DNA of 64,000 nucleotides from Syntrophaceae bacterium UBA4054 (GTDB lineage: Bacteria; Desulfobacterota; Syntrophia; Syntrophales; UBA4778). Positions 1-9,240 of the stretch are shown one piece after another; position 1 is the first letter of the stretch, and each line of letters begins with the position of its first letter. A program made the position numbers and the translations under genes. The stretch covers positions 4,465-68,464 of the forward strand of contig DFZO01000022.1 of assembly GCA_002383495.1 (NCBI GenBank), in the 5' to 3' direction. Under the pieces are notes generated by a model that was given only the letters and a program-made list of their open reading frames with translations, was not told where the DNA came from and did no database searches.

Positions 1-1202
1 GCGGGAAGATCGGCCAGAAAATCATGGCCACGGCCATTCCCATACTGGACAAGTGCGGCGGGATAAAGCGGGTGGTCGCGAACATCAGAGACATAACCGA
101 GATCCTTTATCTGAAAGAGCTTCTTGGAAAGACCCGTGAACTAAACGAGATCTATGCCGCCGAACTCGAGCAGATGCGCGTCCGGCAGGTCATTAAAAAT
201 CGCAACATCATTGCCCGGAGCCGGGCGACCCGGAATATTCTGCAGATGGCCGCCCAGGTAGCCCGGGTCGATTCCACCGTCCTGATCACCGGCGAATCGG
301 GGGTGGGAAAGGAGGTCATGGCCGACATCATACACGATCTCAGTCAGCGTTCCAAAGGGCCTCTGATAAAAATAAACTGCGGTTCAATCCCGGAGACCCT
401 GCTTGAATCGGAGCTTTTCGGATACGAAACGGGCGCCTTCACGGGGGCCCGAAAACAGGGCAAAAGAGGCATGTTCGAGATGGCTCAGGAGGGGACGCTG
501 TTTCTGGACGAGATCGGGGATCTGTCGTTCAATCTGCAGGCAAAACTGCTCAGGGCTCTGCAGGATCATGAAATCATGCGGGTCGGAGGATTGAAGCCGA
601 TCCCGATTGACGTGCGGATCGTCGCCGCGACCAACAAGGACCTGGAGAAAATGGTCGAACAGGGGGTGTTCCGCAACGACCTCTATTATCGTCTGAACGT
701 GGTGACAATCAAGGTTCCTCCGCTGCGCGACCGCAAAGAGGATATTCCACTTCTGACCTTGCGGTTTGTCGAGAAGATCAACGTGAAGTACTCCTTTGAT
801 AAACGCATCTCCCCTGATGTAATCGATGGTTTCCTGATGTACCCGTGGCCGGGAAACATCCGGGAACTGGAAAACATCACCGAGCGGATGCTCGTTATGA
901 CGGAGGAAAAGGAAATCAGTATCCGCCACGTTCCCGCCTGCATCAGGAATCATATCATTCTGTCTGGGGAAAGACCTGTGTCATTAGGGCTGATGCACTT
1001 GAAAGAGGCGGTTGAGCGTACGGAGAGACAGTTGATCGAGCAGGCGCTGAAAAAACACGGGAGCACCCGGAAGGTTGCCAGGGCGCTGGCGATCAATCAA
1101 TCCACGGTGGTGCGGAAAATCCGTCGATATGGCCTCTCTTCTCTTTGCCGTGAGGAAACTGAGGCAATCAATCCCTTTGAAGATATGAGATTCCGCATTT
1201 AG
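1..1202 (+). CDS. sigma-54-dependent transcriptional activator (enhancer-binding protein), 5' end cut by window edge
   Basis: The frame is open from base 3 (listed ORF 24..1202). It has a PAS tail (ANIRDITE), Walker A GESGVGKE, the sigma-54 contact loop ETGAFTGA, Walker B LFLDEIG and a C-terminal Fis-type HTH (STRKVARALAINQSTVVRKIRRYG). Confidence 0.9.
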   Translation, partial: GKIGQKIMATAIPILDKCGGIKRVVANIRDITEILYLKELLGKTRELNEIYAAELEQMRVRQVIKNRNIIARSRATRNILQMAAQVARVDSTVLITGESGVGKEVMADIIHDLSQRSKGPLIKINCGSIPETLLESELFGYETGAFTGARKQGKRGMFEMAQEGTLFLDEIGDLSFNLQAKLLRALQDHEIMRVGGLKPIPIDVRIVAATNKDLEKMVEQGVFRNDLYYRLNVVTIKVPPLRDRKEDIPLLTLRFVEKINVKYSFDKRISPDVIDGFLMYPWPGNIRELENITERMLVMTEEKEISIRHVPACIRNHIILSGERPVSLGLMHLKEAVERTERQLIEQALKKHGSTRKVARALAINQSTVVRKIRRYGLSSLCREETEAINPFEDMRFRI

Positions 1203-1262
1203 TAAAATTCTGCCTGCTATCGTGCCTCTGAATTTCCTCTGGTCGGTGTGATGCGCGAGTGA

Positions 1263-1290
1263 ATCCGTGATGCCGATATGCATCACGGAT
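1263..1290. promoter_or_regulatory. perfect 11-bp inverted repeat (ATCCGTGATGC-N6-GCATCACGGAT), candidate enhancer (UAS) site or terminator of the activator gene
   Basis: Read directly from the sequence. The core GTGATGC/GCATCAC recurs at 1248-1254 and 1363-1369. The repeat lies about 170-190 bp upstream of the sigma-54 promoter at 1453. Confidence 0.45.
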
Positions 1291-1351
1291 ATATTTCTCC
1301 CGCTTTTTCCCTCCTTTCATCTTAATAATCATGCAAGTCTATTTCGCATGA

Positions 1352-1367
1352 GATGCCGAACGGCATC
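1352..1367. promoter_or_regulatory. second palindrome GATGCCG-AA-CGGCATC sharing the GATGCCG core with 1263-1290; candidate UAS
   Basis: Perfect 7-bp inverted repeat about 90 bp upstream of the -24/-12 element. It shares the GATGCCG core with the first palindrome. Confidence 0.4.
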
Positions 1368-1452
1368 ACGTGCCTTTACCCCCGCTGCCCCGAACATTCC
1401 GAACCTCGCGATTCTGCGCTGAAAACAGGCTTCTTCGAAAGTCGGAAACCAC

Positions 1453-1468
1453 TGGCATGGATTCTGCT
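1453..1468 (+). promoter_or_regulatory. sigma-54 (-24/-12) promoter TGGCATGGATTCTGCT
   Basis: GG and GC dinucleotides have the canonical spacing of TGGCAC-N5-TTGCW. The site is 89 nt upstream of the ATG at 1557 and directly downstream of a sigma-54 activator gene. Confidence 0.7.
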
Positions 1469-1556
1469 CCGGTATTTCTCAGCAACCATGGTGTTCCCGG
1501 GTTGGGAGCGCAGAAAAATCTAAAACAGTTAAAGAAAAGAGAAAGGAGGTTTTCAC

Positions 1557-3140
1557 ATGGCCGTGTTCATGTCTTCGGCAGAGGCGGTTGATCTAATCAA
1601 ATCCGGGGACACAGTGGCAATGTCCGGATTTGTCGGAATGGGCCATCCGGAAGAGATATCAAAAGCCATGGAAAAGAAATTTCTGGAAACCGGTGAGCCA
1701 AGGGATTTGACGCTCACGTTCGGCGCCAGCCAGAACGACGGTAAATCGAACTGGGGATTGAACCGATGGGCGAAGGAGGGCCTTGTGAAACGGGTGGTGT
1801 CCGGTCACTGGGGACTTCAGCCCGATCTGATCAAGATGGCCGTCGAGAACAAGATCGAGGCCTACAATATACCCCAGGGCGTCATCATGCACCTTTACAG
1901 GGCCATCGCCGGAAAGAAGCCCGGGATCATCACGCATGTGGGTCTGAAGACTTTTGTCGATCCGAGAGAAACCTGCGGCAGGCTGAACAGCATCAGTCAC
2001 GAGGAGTATGTCCGGCTGATGGAAATCGACGGCCGGGAATACCTCTTCTACAAATCCTTTCCCATTAACGTGTCGATCATCCGGGGCACGAGCGCGGACG
2101 AGAACGGGAACATCTCCATTGAGAAAGAAGGCATTTCTCTCGAGTTCCTGTGCCTGGCGCTTGCGGCCAAGGGATGCGGCGGAAAGGTGATCGTCCAGGT
2201 GGAAAGAATGGTCCAGGCCGGGTCGCTTCACCCCATGATGGTGAAAGTCCCGAGAGTGGCGGTGGACGCCGTCGTGATCGCAAAGCCGGAAAACCACTGG
2301 CAGATTCCCATGGCCGAGCCTTACAACCCGAGCCTGTCCGGAGAAGTGAGGATCCCGCTGAGCAAAGTGGAGCCGCTTCCGCTCAGCGAAAGAAAAGTGA
2401 TCTGCCGGAGATGCGCCATGGAGCTTATTCCCGATGCCGTCGTCAACCTCGGCATCGGCATGCCGACGGGGGTGGGTGTTGTATCGGCCGAAGAAGGTAT
2501 CAACCATCACATGACCATGACCGTTGAGCCGGGTGTAATCGGAGGCGTGCCGTTGGGTGGTCTCTATTTCGGGACGGCGATCAACCCGGAGGCTCTCATT
2601 GATCACCCGAACATGTTCGACTTTTATGATGGCGGAGGGCTGGATCTCGCCGTGCTGGGTCTGGCGGAAATGGATCAGTACGGCAACGTGAACGTCAGCA
2701 AGTTCGGTCCCCGCATTGCCGGTGCAGGAGGGTTCATCAACATCACCCAGAGCACGAAGAAGGTGGTCTTTTGCGGGACGCTGACGGCCGGTGGCCTCGA
2801 GATGGAAATCGGAGAGGGGAAACTGCGGATCCTGAAAGAGGGCAGGATCAAGAAATTCGTCGAAAAAGTTGAGCACATCACGTTCAGCGGCGACTACGGC
2901 CGCACCAGCGGCCAGCGGATACTTTACGTGACGGAACGGGCCGTGTTCGAGCTCCGGCCGGAGGGCGTCACCCTGGTCGAAATCGCCCCCGGTGTGGACC
3001 TGGAAAAGGATGTTCTGGCACAGATGAGCTTCAATCCCCTTGTGGCGAAAGACCTGAGGCTGATGGATGCCCGTATTTTTCAGGCGCAAACACCTATGGG
3101 TATCAAGGAGGAAATCCTCCAGAAAAACAATAAAAAGTAA
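1557..3140 (+). CDS. family I acyl-CoA:acetate/3-ketoacid CoA-transferase (YdiF-like, fused alpha/beta)
   Basis: 527-aa ORF with RBS AAAGGAGG 8 nt upstream. The N-terminus SAEAVDLIKSGDTVAMSGFVGMGHPEE is typical of YdiF-type CoA-transferases, and the length fits the family. Confidence 0.8.
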   Translation: MAVFMSSAEAVDLIKSGDTVAMSGFVGMGHPEEISKAMEKKFLETGEPRDLTLTFGASQNDGKSNWGLNRWAKEGLVKRVVSGHWGLQPDLIKMAVENKIEAYNIPQGVIMHLYRAIAGKKPGIITHVGLKTFVDPRETCGRLNSISHEEYVRLMEIDGREYLFYKSFPINVSIIRGTSADENGNISIEKEGISLEFLCLALAAKGCGGKVIVQVERMVQAGSLHPMMVKVPRVAVDAVVIAKPENHWQIPMAEPYNPSLSGEVRIPLSKVEPLPLSERKVICRRCAMELIPDAVVNLGIGMPTGVGVVSAEEGINHHMTMTVEPGVIGGVPLGGLYFGTAINPEALIDHPNMFDFYDGGGLDLAVLGLAEMDQYGNVNVSKFGPRIAGAGGFINITQSTKKVVFCGTLTAGGLEMEIGEGKLRILKEGRIKKFVEKVEHITFSGDYGRTSGQRILYVTERAVFELRPEGVTLVEIAPGVDLEKDVLAQMSFNPLVAKDLRLMDARIFQAQTPMGIKEEILQKNNKK

Positions 3141-3182
3141 TTCGGCTTTTGAGGAAAATGAAAAACGCAAGGAGGAGATAAA

Positions 3183-4664
3183 ATGGCGCTGAAGACGAGA
3201 GAAGAGTACATAAATTCACTGAAGGCCATGCGACCGAACGTCTATAAGTTCGGAGAGCTTATCGAGGACGTGACCGCGCATCCCGCGACGCGGCGCACCG
3301 TCGAGAGCCACGCCCGGGGCTTCGACGCATCCCACGATCCGAAATACGCCGATGATTTCACTGCGGTGTCGACCTTTCCGGAACTGGCCGGGAAAGGAGA
3401 AAAGATCCACCGGTGGAACGGCATGATGGAGTCGGTGGACGACGTAGTCGCGAACTCCAGACTTAAGCGGTGGATGTACCGTTTCACGGGAAGCTGCACC
3501 GGCGGTCTCTGCGTGGGGTGGAATGCCCAGAACGTCCTGTGGAATGTCACGGCGCTCGTTGACGGGGAGCAGGGAACCCGCTATCAGGAACGCCTTCGGA
3601 AGTGGATTATTGGTGCACAGGAGAAAGGCCTGGTAGTGGCGGGAGGATTGACCGACGCCAAAGGTGACCGCAGCCTGCGGCCCTCACAGCAGGAAAACCC
3701 CGACAGCAACGTGCATATCAAAGAGGTCCGGGAAGACGGGATCGTCATCAGCGGTGTAAAGGCCATGATCTGCGGCGTCGCTGCGTCGAATGAGATATTC
3801 ATTCTGCCGGGAAGCGCTTACAGGGAAGAAGATCGGGATTACGCGCTGGCCTGTGTCGTGCCGCGCGACATCGACGGCCTGACCATCGTGGAAACCCGCC
3901 GTCCGAGCGACGCCAGGGAATTCGAGGATGGATGGGACATTCCCGAAACCGGAATCACGCAATCCTATCTCTTTTTCGACAACTGTTTCGTGCCGAACGA
4001 AAGGGTCTTCATGTGCGGGGAGTCCAAGTACAGCGCGAAGGTCATAGAGTACTTCACGGCCAACTACAGGGCCTGCATCGGCGCCTGCGTGGCCGGACAG
4101 GGCGACGTTATGATAGGAGCGGCCGCCCTCATGGCCAGGCTGAACGGACTTGCGGCGGGCACTTTTGCGAACAAAATGGTGGATATGGCCGTGAACAATG
4201 AGACAACCTACGGCATGGGAATAGGAGCAATGGTCATCGGCAAAAAAGGTCCCGGCGGGATGTGGGTCTCCGATTCCCTGCTGGCCCACGCCAACAAGGT
4301 TCATGTGGCGACGCTCCCCTATGAAACCAAACGTATATGTCAGGACATTGGAGGAGGGATCGTAGAGACCGGCTGTTTCCCCTCCTGCAAGGATTTCTCG
4401 GATCCCGTCCTCGGGCCCATGATCGCCAAAGCCGTGAAAGCCAGCGGCAAATACAGCGCGGAAGCGAGAGCCCGCGCGGCGAGGCTTGTCGAGTGGCTGA
4501 CCCTCGGCGCCGGTGTCCCGGGCTGCATGCACGGCGGCGGATCTCCCGACGGTGCAAAGCTCGTCGTAAGGGCGCTCACGCCGGTCAATCAGTTCGCCGA
4601 GCTTGCGAGGACCATCGCCGGGATTCAGGAGGATGTCCCGGAACCGGAGAAAAAGAAAAAATAG
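3183..4664 (+). CDS. 4-hydroxybutyryl-CoA dehydratase / vinylacetyl-CoA isomerase family (AbfD/HpaB superfamily) protein
   Basis: 493-aa ORF with RBS AAGGAGGAG. The N-terminus KTREEYINSLKAMRPNVYKFGELIEDVTAHP and the length match the AbfD/HpaB fold family. Substrate unknown. Confidence 0.7.
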   Translation: MALKTREEYINSLKAMRPNVYKFGELIEDVTAHPATRRTVESHARGFDASHDPKYADDFTAVSTFPELAGKGEKIHRWNGMMESVDDVVANSRLKRWMYRFTGSCTGGLCVGWNAQNVLWNVTALVDGEQGTRYQERLRKWIIGAQEKGLVVAGGLTDAKGDRSLRPSQQENPDSNVHIKEVREDGIVISGVKAMICGVAASNEIFILPGSAYREEDRDYALACVVPRDIDGLTIVETRRPSDAREFEDGWDIPETGITQSYLFFDNCFVPNERVFMCGESKYSAKVIEYFTANYRACIGACVAGQGDVMIGAAALMARLNGLAAGTFANKMVDMAVNNETTYGMGIGAMVIGKKGPGGMWVSDSLLAHANKVHVATLPYETKRICQDIGGGIVETGCFPSCKDFSDPVLGPMIAKAVKASGKYSAEARARAARLVEWLTLGAGVPGCMHGGGSPDGAKLVVRALTPVNQFAELARTIAGIQEDVPEPEKKKK

Positions 4665-4687
4665 AGGTGCAGAAAGGAGAATTCTTA

Positions 4688-5827
4688 ATGAACTTTCAAC
4701 TCACTGAAGAACATCAATTGATCCGCGCCGGCGTCAGGGAATTCTGCGGAAAATTTGTGGATCCCGTTGCCAATGAAATCGATCAGGAGCCCCGTTTCCC
4801 GTCTGAAATCGTGAAAAAACTGGCAGAGCAGGACTGGCTCGGGATTCCCTATCCGGCTCAATACGGCGGTGCCGGATCCGACTACCTGAGTTACATCATT
4901 GTCGTGGAGGAACTGTCCCGCTCCTGCGCGACCACGGGTTTCACCCTGGAGTGCCATACCTCCCTGGCCTCCTATCCGATTTTCAAGTTCGGAACGGAGG
5001 AGCAGAAACAGAAATACCTGGTGCCGCTCTGCAAGGGAGATATGCTGGGGGCCTTTGCTCTCACAGAGGCCGGCGCCGGGACCGACGCGGGGGCGGCGAC
5101 CACCGTCGCGGTTTTGGATGACGGCGAATGGGCTCTGAACGGCAGCAAGATATTCATCTCCAACGCCCCGGTCGCCGGAATGACTATTGTGTTTGCGATG
5201 ACGGACAAGACGAAGGGGACAAAGGGGCTGAGCGCCTTCATCGTCCCCGCGGGTTCTCCGGGCCTCAAGATCGGCAGGCATCTCAATAAAATGGGCATCC
5301 GGGGATCTCTAACCGCCGAAGTTCTTCTTCAGGACTGCCGGATTCCGAAAGACAGTTTGCTCGGGCAGGAAGGACAGGGATTCAGGATCGCCATGATGAC
5401 CCTGGATGGGGGGAGAATCGGCATTGCGGCGCAGGCCGTAGGAATCGCGCAGGCCGCGCTGGACGAATCGATCCGTTACGCGAAGGAGCGAGTTCAATTC
5501 GGGAAGCCGATTGCTTCTCTGCAGGCGATCCAGTGGATGATCGCCGACATGGCTACCGAGGTCGAGGCATCGAGATTCCTCACCTATCACGCGGCATGGT
5601 GCTGCGATCAGGATCTCTCCTACAGCAAGGAAGCGGCCATGGCGAAGCTATTCGCGTCCGAGACGGCCTCCCGCCAGACCAACAGGGCGATTCAGATCCA
5701 CGGCGGCATCGGGTACATCAAGGAACAGAAGGTCGAGCGCCTGTACAGGGATGCGAAGATCACGGAGATTTACGAGGGAACCTCCGAGGTCATGAGAATG
5801 CTCATCGCCGGCAGCCTGCTGCGCTGA
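4688..5827 (+). CDS. acyl-CoA dehydrogenase (short/medium-chain, butyryl-CoA dehydrogenase-like)
   Basis: The true start is MNFQLTEEHQLIRAGVREF, with RBS AAAGGAGA upstream. The listed ORF 4337..5827 carries a spurious N-terminal extension that overlaps the previous gene. Typical ACAD motifs are present (GLSAFIV, YEGTSEV). Confidence 0.9.
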   Translation: MNFQLTEEHQLIRAGVREFCGKFVDPVANEIDQEPRFPSEIVKKLAEQDWLGIPYPAQYGGAGSDYLSYIIVVEELSRSCATTGFTLECHTSLASYPIFKFGTEEQKQKYLVPLCKGDMLGAFALTEAGAGTDAGAATTVAVLDDGEWALNGSKIFISNAPVAGMTIVFAMTDKTKGTKGLSAFIVPAGSPGLKIGRHLNKMGIRGSLTAEVLLQDCRIPKDSLLGQEGQGFRIAMMTLDGGRIGIAAQAVGIAQAALDESIRYAKERVQFGKPIASLQAIQWMIADMATEVEASRFLTYHAAWCCDQDLSYSKEAAMAKLFASETASRQTNRAIQIHGGIGYIKEQKVERLYRDAKITEIYEGTSEVMRMLIAGSLLR

Positions 5828-5848
5828 ACAGATTGTGGGAGTTTGAAG

Positions 5849-6634
5849 ATGCTGAACATCATCACTTGTTTCAAATGGGTGATCGATGAGGCCGATATCA
5901 AAGCGGATGCGGCAACCCGAAAACTTCTTTTCGGCCGCGCGGGTTACAAGATCAGTGCCTATGACCGCCATGCCATTGAAGAGGCTGTCCGTTTCCAGGA
6001 ACAACATGGGGCTTCCGTTGCCGCCGTGACGGTTGCCCCTCCTTCCGCAAAGAAGTGCCTCAAGGATGCCCTTTCCCGAGGGCCGGATTCGGCCTGTTTT
6101 GTCAACGATCCGTCTTTCCTGGACCTGGATCCTTCCCAGACCTCATCGATTCTGGCCGCCGCCGTCAGAGGGCGGATTAAATTCGACCTCATTATATGTG
6201 GTGAGGGCTCCGACGATCTTTATGCCCAGCAGGTCGGTCCTGCTCTTGCGGAAAGGCTGGGAATTCCTTGCGCGACCTGTGTCAGCAAACTCACGTACGC
6301 GGAAGACGAAAAGCATATCATCGCAGAGCGCAGGCTGGATGACGGCATGGAGACGGTTCTGGTGCCCTTGCCGGCCCTTGTCAGTGTTTTGCCGGGAATC
6401 AACACACCGCGGATTCCAACGCTCAAAGAGGTCCTCGGCGCTGCAAAAAAAGAGATCTTCAATGTAGCCCTTGAAGAACTGGGCGATATCCCGGGACCGT
6501 ACTTGAAGACAGTAGAGGTCGTCGCAGCCGCCATGGACCGCCGCGGAATCAGGTTTTCCGCCGACGAGGAAGGCGTTCGATCCGCCGTAAACGCCCTGTT
6601 CAAAGAGGGCGTCCTTTCGCAGGGAGTGTTGTGA
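5849..6634 (+). CDS. etfB: electron transfer flavoprotein beta subunit (EtfB/FixA-type)
   Basis: MLNIITCFKWVIDEADIK... is typical of ETF-beta. A TTG at 5843 is an alternative start. Confidence 0.9.
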   Translation: MLNIITCFKWVIDEADIKADAATRKLLFGRAGYKISAYDRHAIEEAVRFQEQHGASVAAVTVAPPSAKKCLKDALSRGPDSACFVNDPSFLDLDPSQTSSILAAAVRGRIKFDLIICGEGSDDLYAQQVGPALAERLGIPCATCVSKLTYAEDEKHIIAERRLDDGMETVLVPLPALVSVLPGINTPRIPTLKEVLGAAKKEIFNVALEELGDIPGPYLKTVEVVAAAMDRRGIRFSADEEGVRSAVNALFKEGVLSQGVL

Positions 6635-6635
6635 A

Positions 6636-7592
6636 ATGGATGGAATCTGGATTTTTGCGGAAAGACAGGAACAGACGCTGGAACTTCTGAATCCCGGCAG
6701 GAGCCTTGCCGACATGATGGGTGTGAAACTGGCGGCGTTTGCGGCCGACGGCGGGCTGGCTCCGGAGTATATTGCACATGGAGCTGACGAAGTCTTTGTG
6801 CTTCCTCCTCTGCTCCCGGGCCAGCCGCTTGAATCTTACGTTGCGGTGCTGGCGGATGAGGCGCGAAAGAGAACCCCCGGGGTGTTTCTCATCGGCGCGA
6901 CCCCGAGGGGAAAAGAAATTGCAGCCCGGCTGGCTGCCCGGCTGAATACGGGTCTGTGCAGCGGCTGTACCGGTCTTCATCTAAGGGACGGAAGCAACGT
7001 GCTGGAGATGGAGCGACTGATGTTCGGGGGAAAAGCCGTTCAAAAGGTTCTCTGCTCCGCCCGTCCGCAGATGGCGACCGTTCTTCCGGGGACGTTTGAG
7101 CCTGCCGTGTGCCTGCCGGACAGGAAAGGTGTTGTTGTCGAGGTGCATTCCGCGTCTTCCTCTGAGGTGCGGATCGTGAGCAGATCGGCGAGGCATCGTG
7201 AAGGGGCGGACGTGACGGAGGCGAAAATCATTGTCTGCGTCGGCCGGGGCGTGGAGAGCGAAGAGCACATGGAACGGGTGCGAGAACTGGCTCGCGTGGT
7301 AGGCGGCGAGATTGCCTGCACCCGACCCATTGCGGAAGAGTGTCAATGGCTTCCGGAAGAGGTCTACTTAGGCATTTCGGGCAAAAGGGTAAAACCGGAT
7401 CTCTATATCGGTCTTGGTGTGTCCGGCCAGATACAGCACGTGGCCGGCATCCGGGAAAGCAAGGTGATCTTCGCCGTCAACCGCGATGAAAATGCACCTA
7501 TCTTCGATGCGGCGGACTACGGCATTGTCGGGGACATGTGCCGGGTTGTTCCCCTATTGATAGACGAGCTCGGAAGGCTCCTGAAAGTCTGA
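6636..7592 (+). CDS. etfA: electron transfer flavoprotein alpha subunit (EtfA/FixB-type)
   Basis: The start is 1 nt after the etfB stop. A C-terminal FAD domain is present (GISGKRVKPDLYIGLGVSGQIQHVAGI). Confidence 0.9.
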   Translation: MDGIWIFAERQEQTLELLNPGRSLADMMGVKLAAFAADGGLAPEYIAHGADEVFVLPPLLPGQPLESYVAVLADEARKRTPGVFLIGATPRGKEIAARLAARLNTGLCSGCTGLHLRDGSNVLEMERLMFGGKAVQKVLCSARPQMATVLPGTFEPAVCLPDRKGVVVEVHSASSSEVRIVSRSARHREGADVTEAKIIVCVGRGVESEEHMERVRELARVVGGEIACTRPIAEECQWLPEEVYLGISGKRVKPDLYIGLGVSGQIQHVAGIRESKVIFAVNRDENAPIFDAADYGIVGDMCRVVPLLIDELGRLLKV

Positions 7593-7603
7593 GGGCGGCG
7601 GGC

Positions 7604-8899
7604 ATGGCGAACGACAAATTCACGGCGATCGTTGTCGGCGCGGGTCCGGCGGGAAGCACCGCCGCTTTGGTGTTGGCAAGGGCGGGCCATGAGGTTCTCC
7701 TCATTGAAAAGGGAGCGGTTCCCGGAGCGAAGAATATGTTCGGAGGCCGGCTGTACAGCCACGCCCTGAACCGCATCATCCCTGAATTCTGGGAAAGAGC
7801 CCCGGTTGAGCGACCGGTGGTTCGGGAGACCCTCACGCTTTTGCACGACGGGCGAAGCGTTTCGCTGAACGTCCGGAACCTGGATTGGGTTTCACCGCCT
7901 CACCATTCGTTCACGCTCCACAGAGCCGAGTTCGATGCATGGCTGGCCTCGGAGGCTGAAGAAGCTGGAGCCATGCTCGCCTGCAGCATACGCGTGGACG
8001 ATCTGCTTATGGAAAACGGCAGAGTGATCGGTATACGTGCAGGCGAAGATGAGATGTTTGCCGATGTCGTCATCGCCGCCGATGGGGTGAACTCCCTGCT
8101 TGCTCAGAGGGCGGGGTTGGCAGGGATGGCTTCTCCGAGACAGGTGGCAACGGGGGTCAAACAGATCATTGAACTGCCTTCAGACGTCATCCGTCGACGC
8201 TTTCAGCTTGAAGGAAACAACGGTGCCGCCCAGTTGTTTGTGGGCGATTGCACCGGCGGAATGCAGGGCGGCGGTTTTGTTTACACCAACAGGGAAAGCG
8301 TCTCATTGGGTCTTGTCATCAATGCGAATGAGCTGCGGAAAACGCAGAGAAGCCTTTTTGAATTGATCGAAGATTTCAAAATGAACCCCCACATAGCTCC
8401 CCTGTTGGAGGGTGGGGATGTGGGGGAGTATTCCGCCCATCTGATACCCGAAGCGGGGCTGGCCATGATGCCCCGGGTATTCGGCCAAGGGATTCTCGTG
8501 GCGGGCGATGCCGCGGGTTTTGCTCTCAATCTGGGCTATGTCGTACGCGGAATGGACTTTGCGATCGCATCCGGGGAAGCCGCCGCTAAAACGGTCATAC
8601 AGGCGAAAAAACACAATGATTTTTCGCGGCGGGGTCTGAGCTTTTATCAGAAATATCTCAGGGAAAACTTCGTTCTCAGAGACTTGGCGGCTTATCGCAG
8701 GGCTCCGGAGTTCATGGAAAACTGCAGACTATTTGAAACTTATCCTGATCTGATCACATCGCTCATGGCGGAGGTCTTTACCGTGTCCGGCTCTCAGCCG
8801 GTCCATCTTTTTACGAAAATACTCAGCCGTGTCAGACAAAGCAGGGTCAGCCTGGCAAAACTGTTTATTGACGGCTGGAGGGGAGCGACATGGCTTTGA
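7604..8899 (+). CDS. fixC: FAD-dependent ETF:quinone oxidoreductase-like protein FixC
   Basis: The start MANDKFTAIVVGAGPAGSTAALVLARAG carries a GxGxxG FAD fold. The listed ORF 7538.. is an upstream extension that overlaps etfA. Confidence 0.85.
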   Translation: MANDKFTAIVVGAGPAGSTAALVLARAGHEVLLIEKGAVPGAKNMFGGRLYSHALNRIIPEFWERAPVERPVVRETLTLLHDGRSVSLNVRNLDWVSPPHHSFTLHRAEFDAWLASEAEEAGAMLACSIRVDDLLMENGRVIGIRAGEDEMFADVVIAADGVNSLLAQRAGLAGMASPRQVATGVKQIIELPSDVIRRRFQLEGNNGAAQLFVGDCTGGMQGGGFVYTNRESVSLGLVINANELRKTQRSLFELIEDFKMNPHIAPLLEGGDVGEYSAHLIPEAGLAMMPRVFGQGILVAGDAAGFALNLGYVVRGMDFAIASGEAAAKTVIQAKKHNDFSRRGLSFYQKYLRENFVLRDLAAYRRAPEFMENCRLFETYPDLITSLMAEVFTVSGSQPVHLFTKILSRVRQSRVSLAKLFIDGWRGATWL

Positions 8900-9183
8900 A
8901 ACGTTTGAGCATCGAACAACTCCTGGGGCTCAATAAATTCGTGGTCGATGACGAGGAAGCTCACATTCTTCTCGACAAGGAATGCTGCCGGTCATGCATC
9001 ACCAGACCATGCACAGCCGCCTGTCCCGCCGGTTGCTATAAGGCGGAAAAGGGGGAAGTAAACTTTGATTATGCAGGTTGTCTCGAATGCGGAACATGCA
9101 GAGTGGTTTGTCCCCTGTCAGACAGAGCGATTGTATGGCGATATCCCCGTGGGGGATTCGGCATACAATTCCGGTACGGATAA
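8890..9183 (+). CDS. fixX: ferredoxin-like protein FixX
   Basis: 97 aa, overlapping fixC by 10 nt. Cys motifs CxxCxxxPCxxxCP and CLECGTCRVVCP are present, and the C-terminal FRYG is typical of FixX. Confidence 0.85.
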   Translation: MALKRLSIEQLLGLNKFVVDDEEAHILLDKECCRSCITRPCTAACPAGCYKAEKGEVNFDYAGCLECGTCRVVCPLSDRAIVWRYPRGGFGIQFRYG

Positions 9184-9240
9184 GCACGTACGGGCAAGGT
9201 CATCTTGATGCGATTGCACATGTTCGCGAAAAGCTCGCTC

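Noticed and set aside
1659-3170. 503-aa ORF on the minus strand, antisense to the CoA-transferase gene
   Set aside because: This is a shadow ORF typical of GC-rich DNA. Its translation is Arg/His/Pro/Gly-rich with no motifs, whereas the plus strand encodes a recognisable, RBS-preceded enzyme. The same reasoning applies to 3684..4532(-), 17829..18683(+), 25036..26142(-), 28234..29220(+), 32894..33673(+), 35519..36400(-), 42063..43325(-), 44616..45323(+), 45435..46367(+), 46428..47552(+), 53584..54195(-), 60580..61521(-) and 61936..62847(-).
4337-4687. 117-codon N-terminal extension of the acyl-CoA dehydrogenase ORF
   Set aside because: The extension overlaps the 3' end of the AbfD-like gene out of frame and is Arg-rich nonsense. 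A strong RBS precedes the internal ATG 4688, where the ACAD homology begins. Similar spurious extensions were trimmed at 7538, 19528, 20268, 20870, 30678, 40158, 42078, 42129 and 48807.
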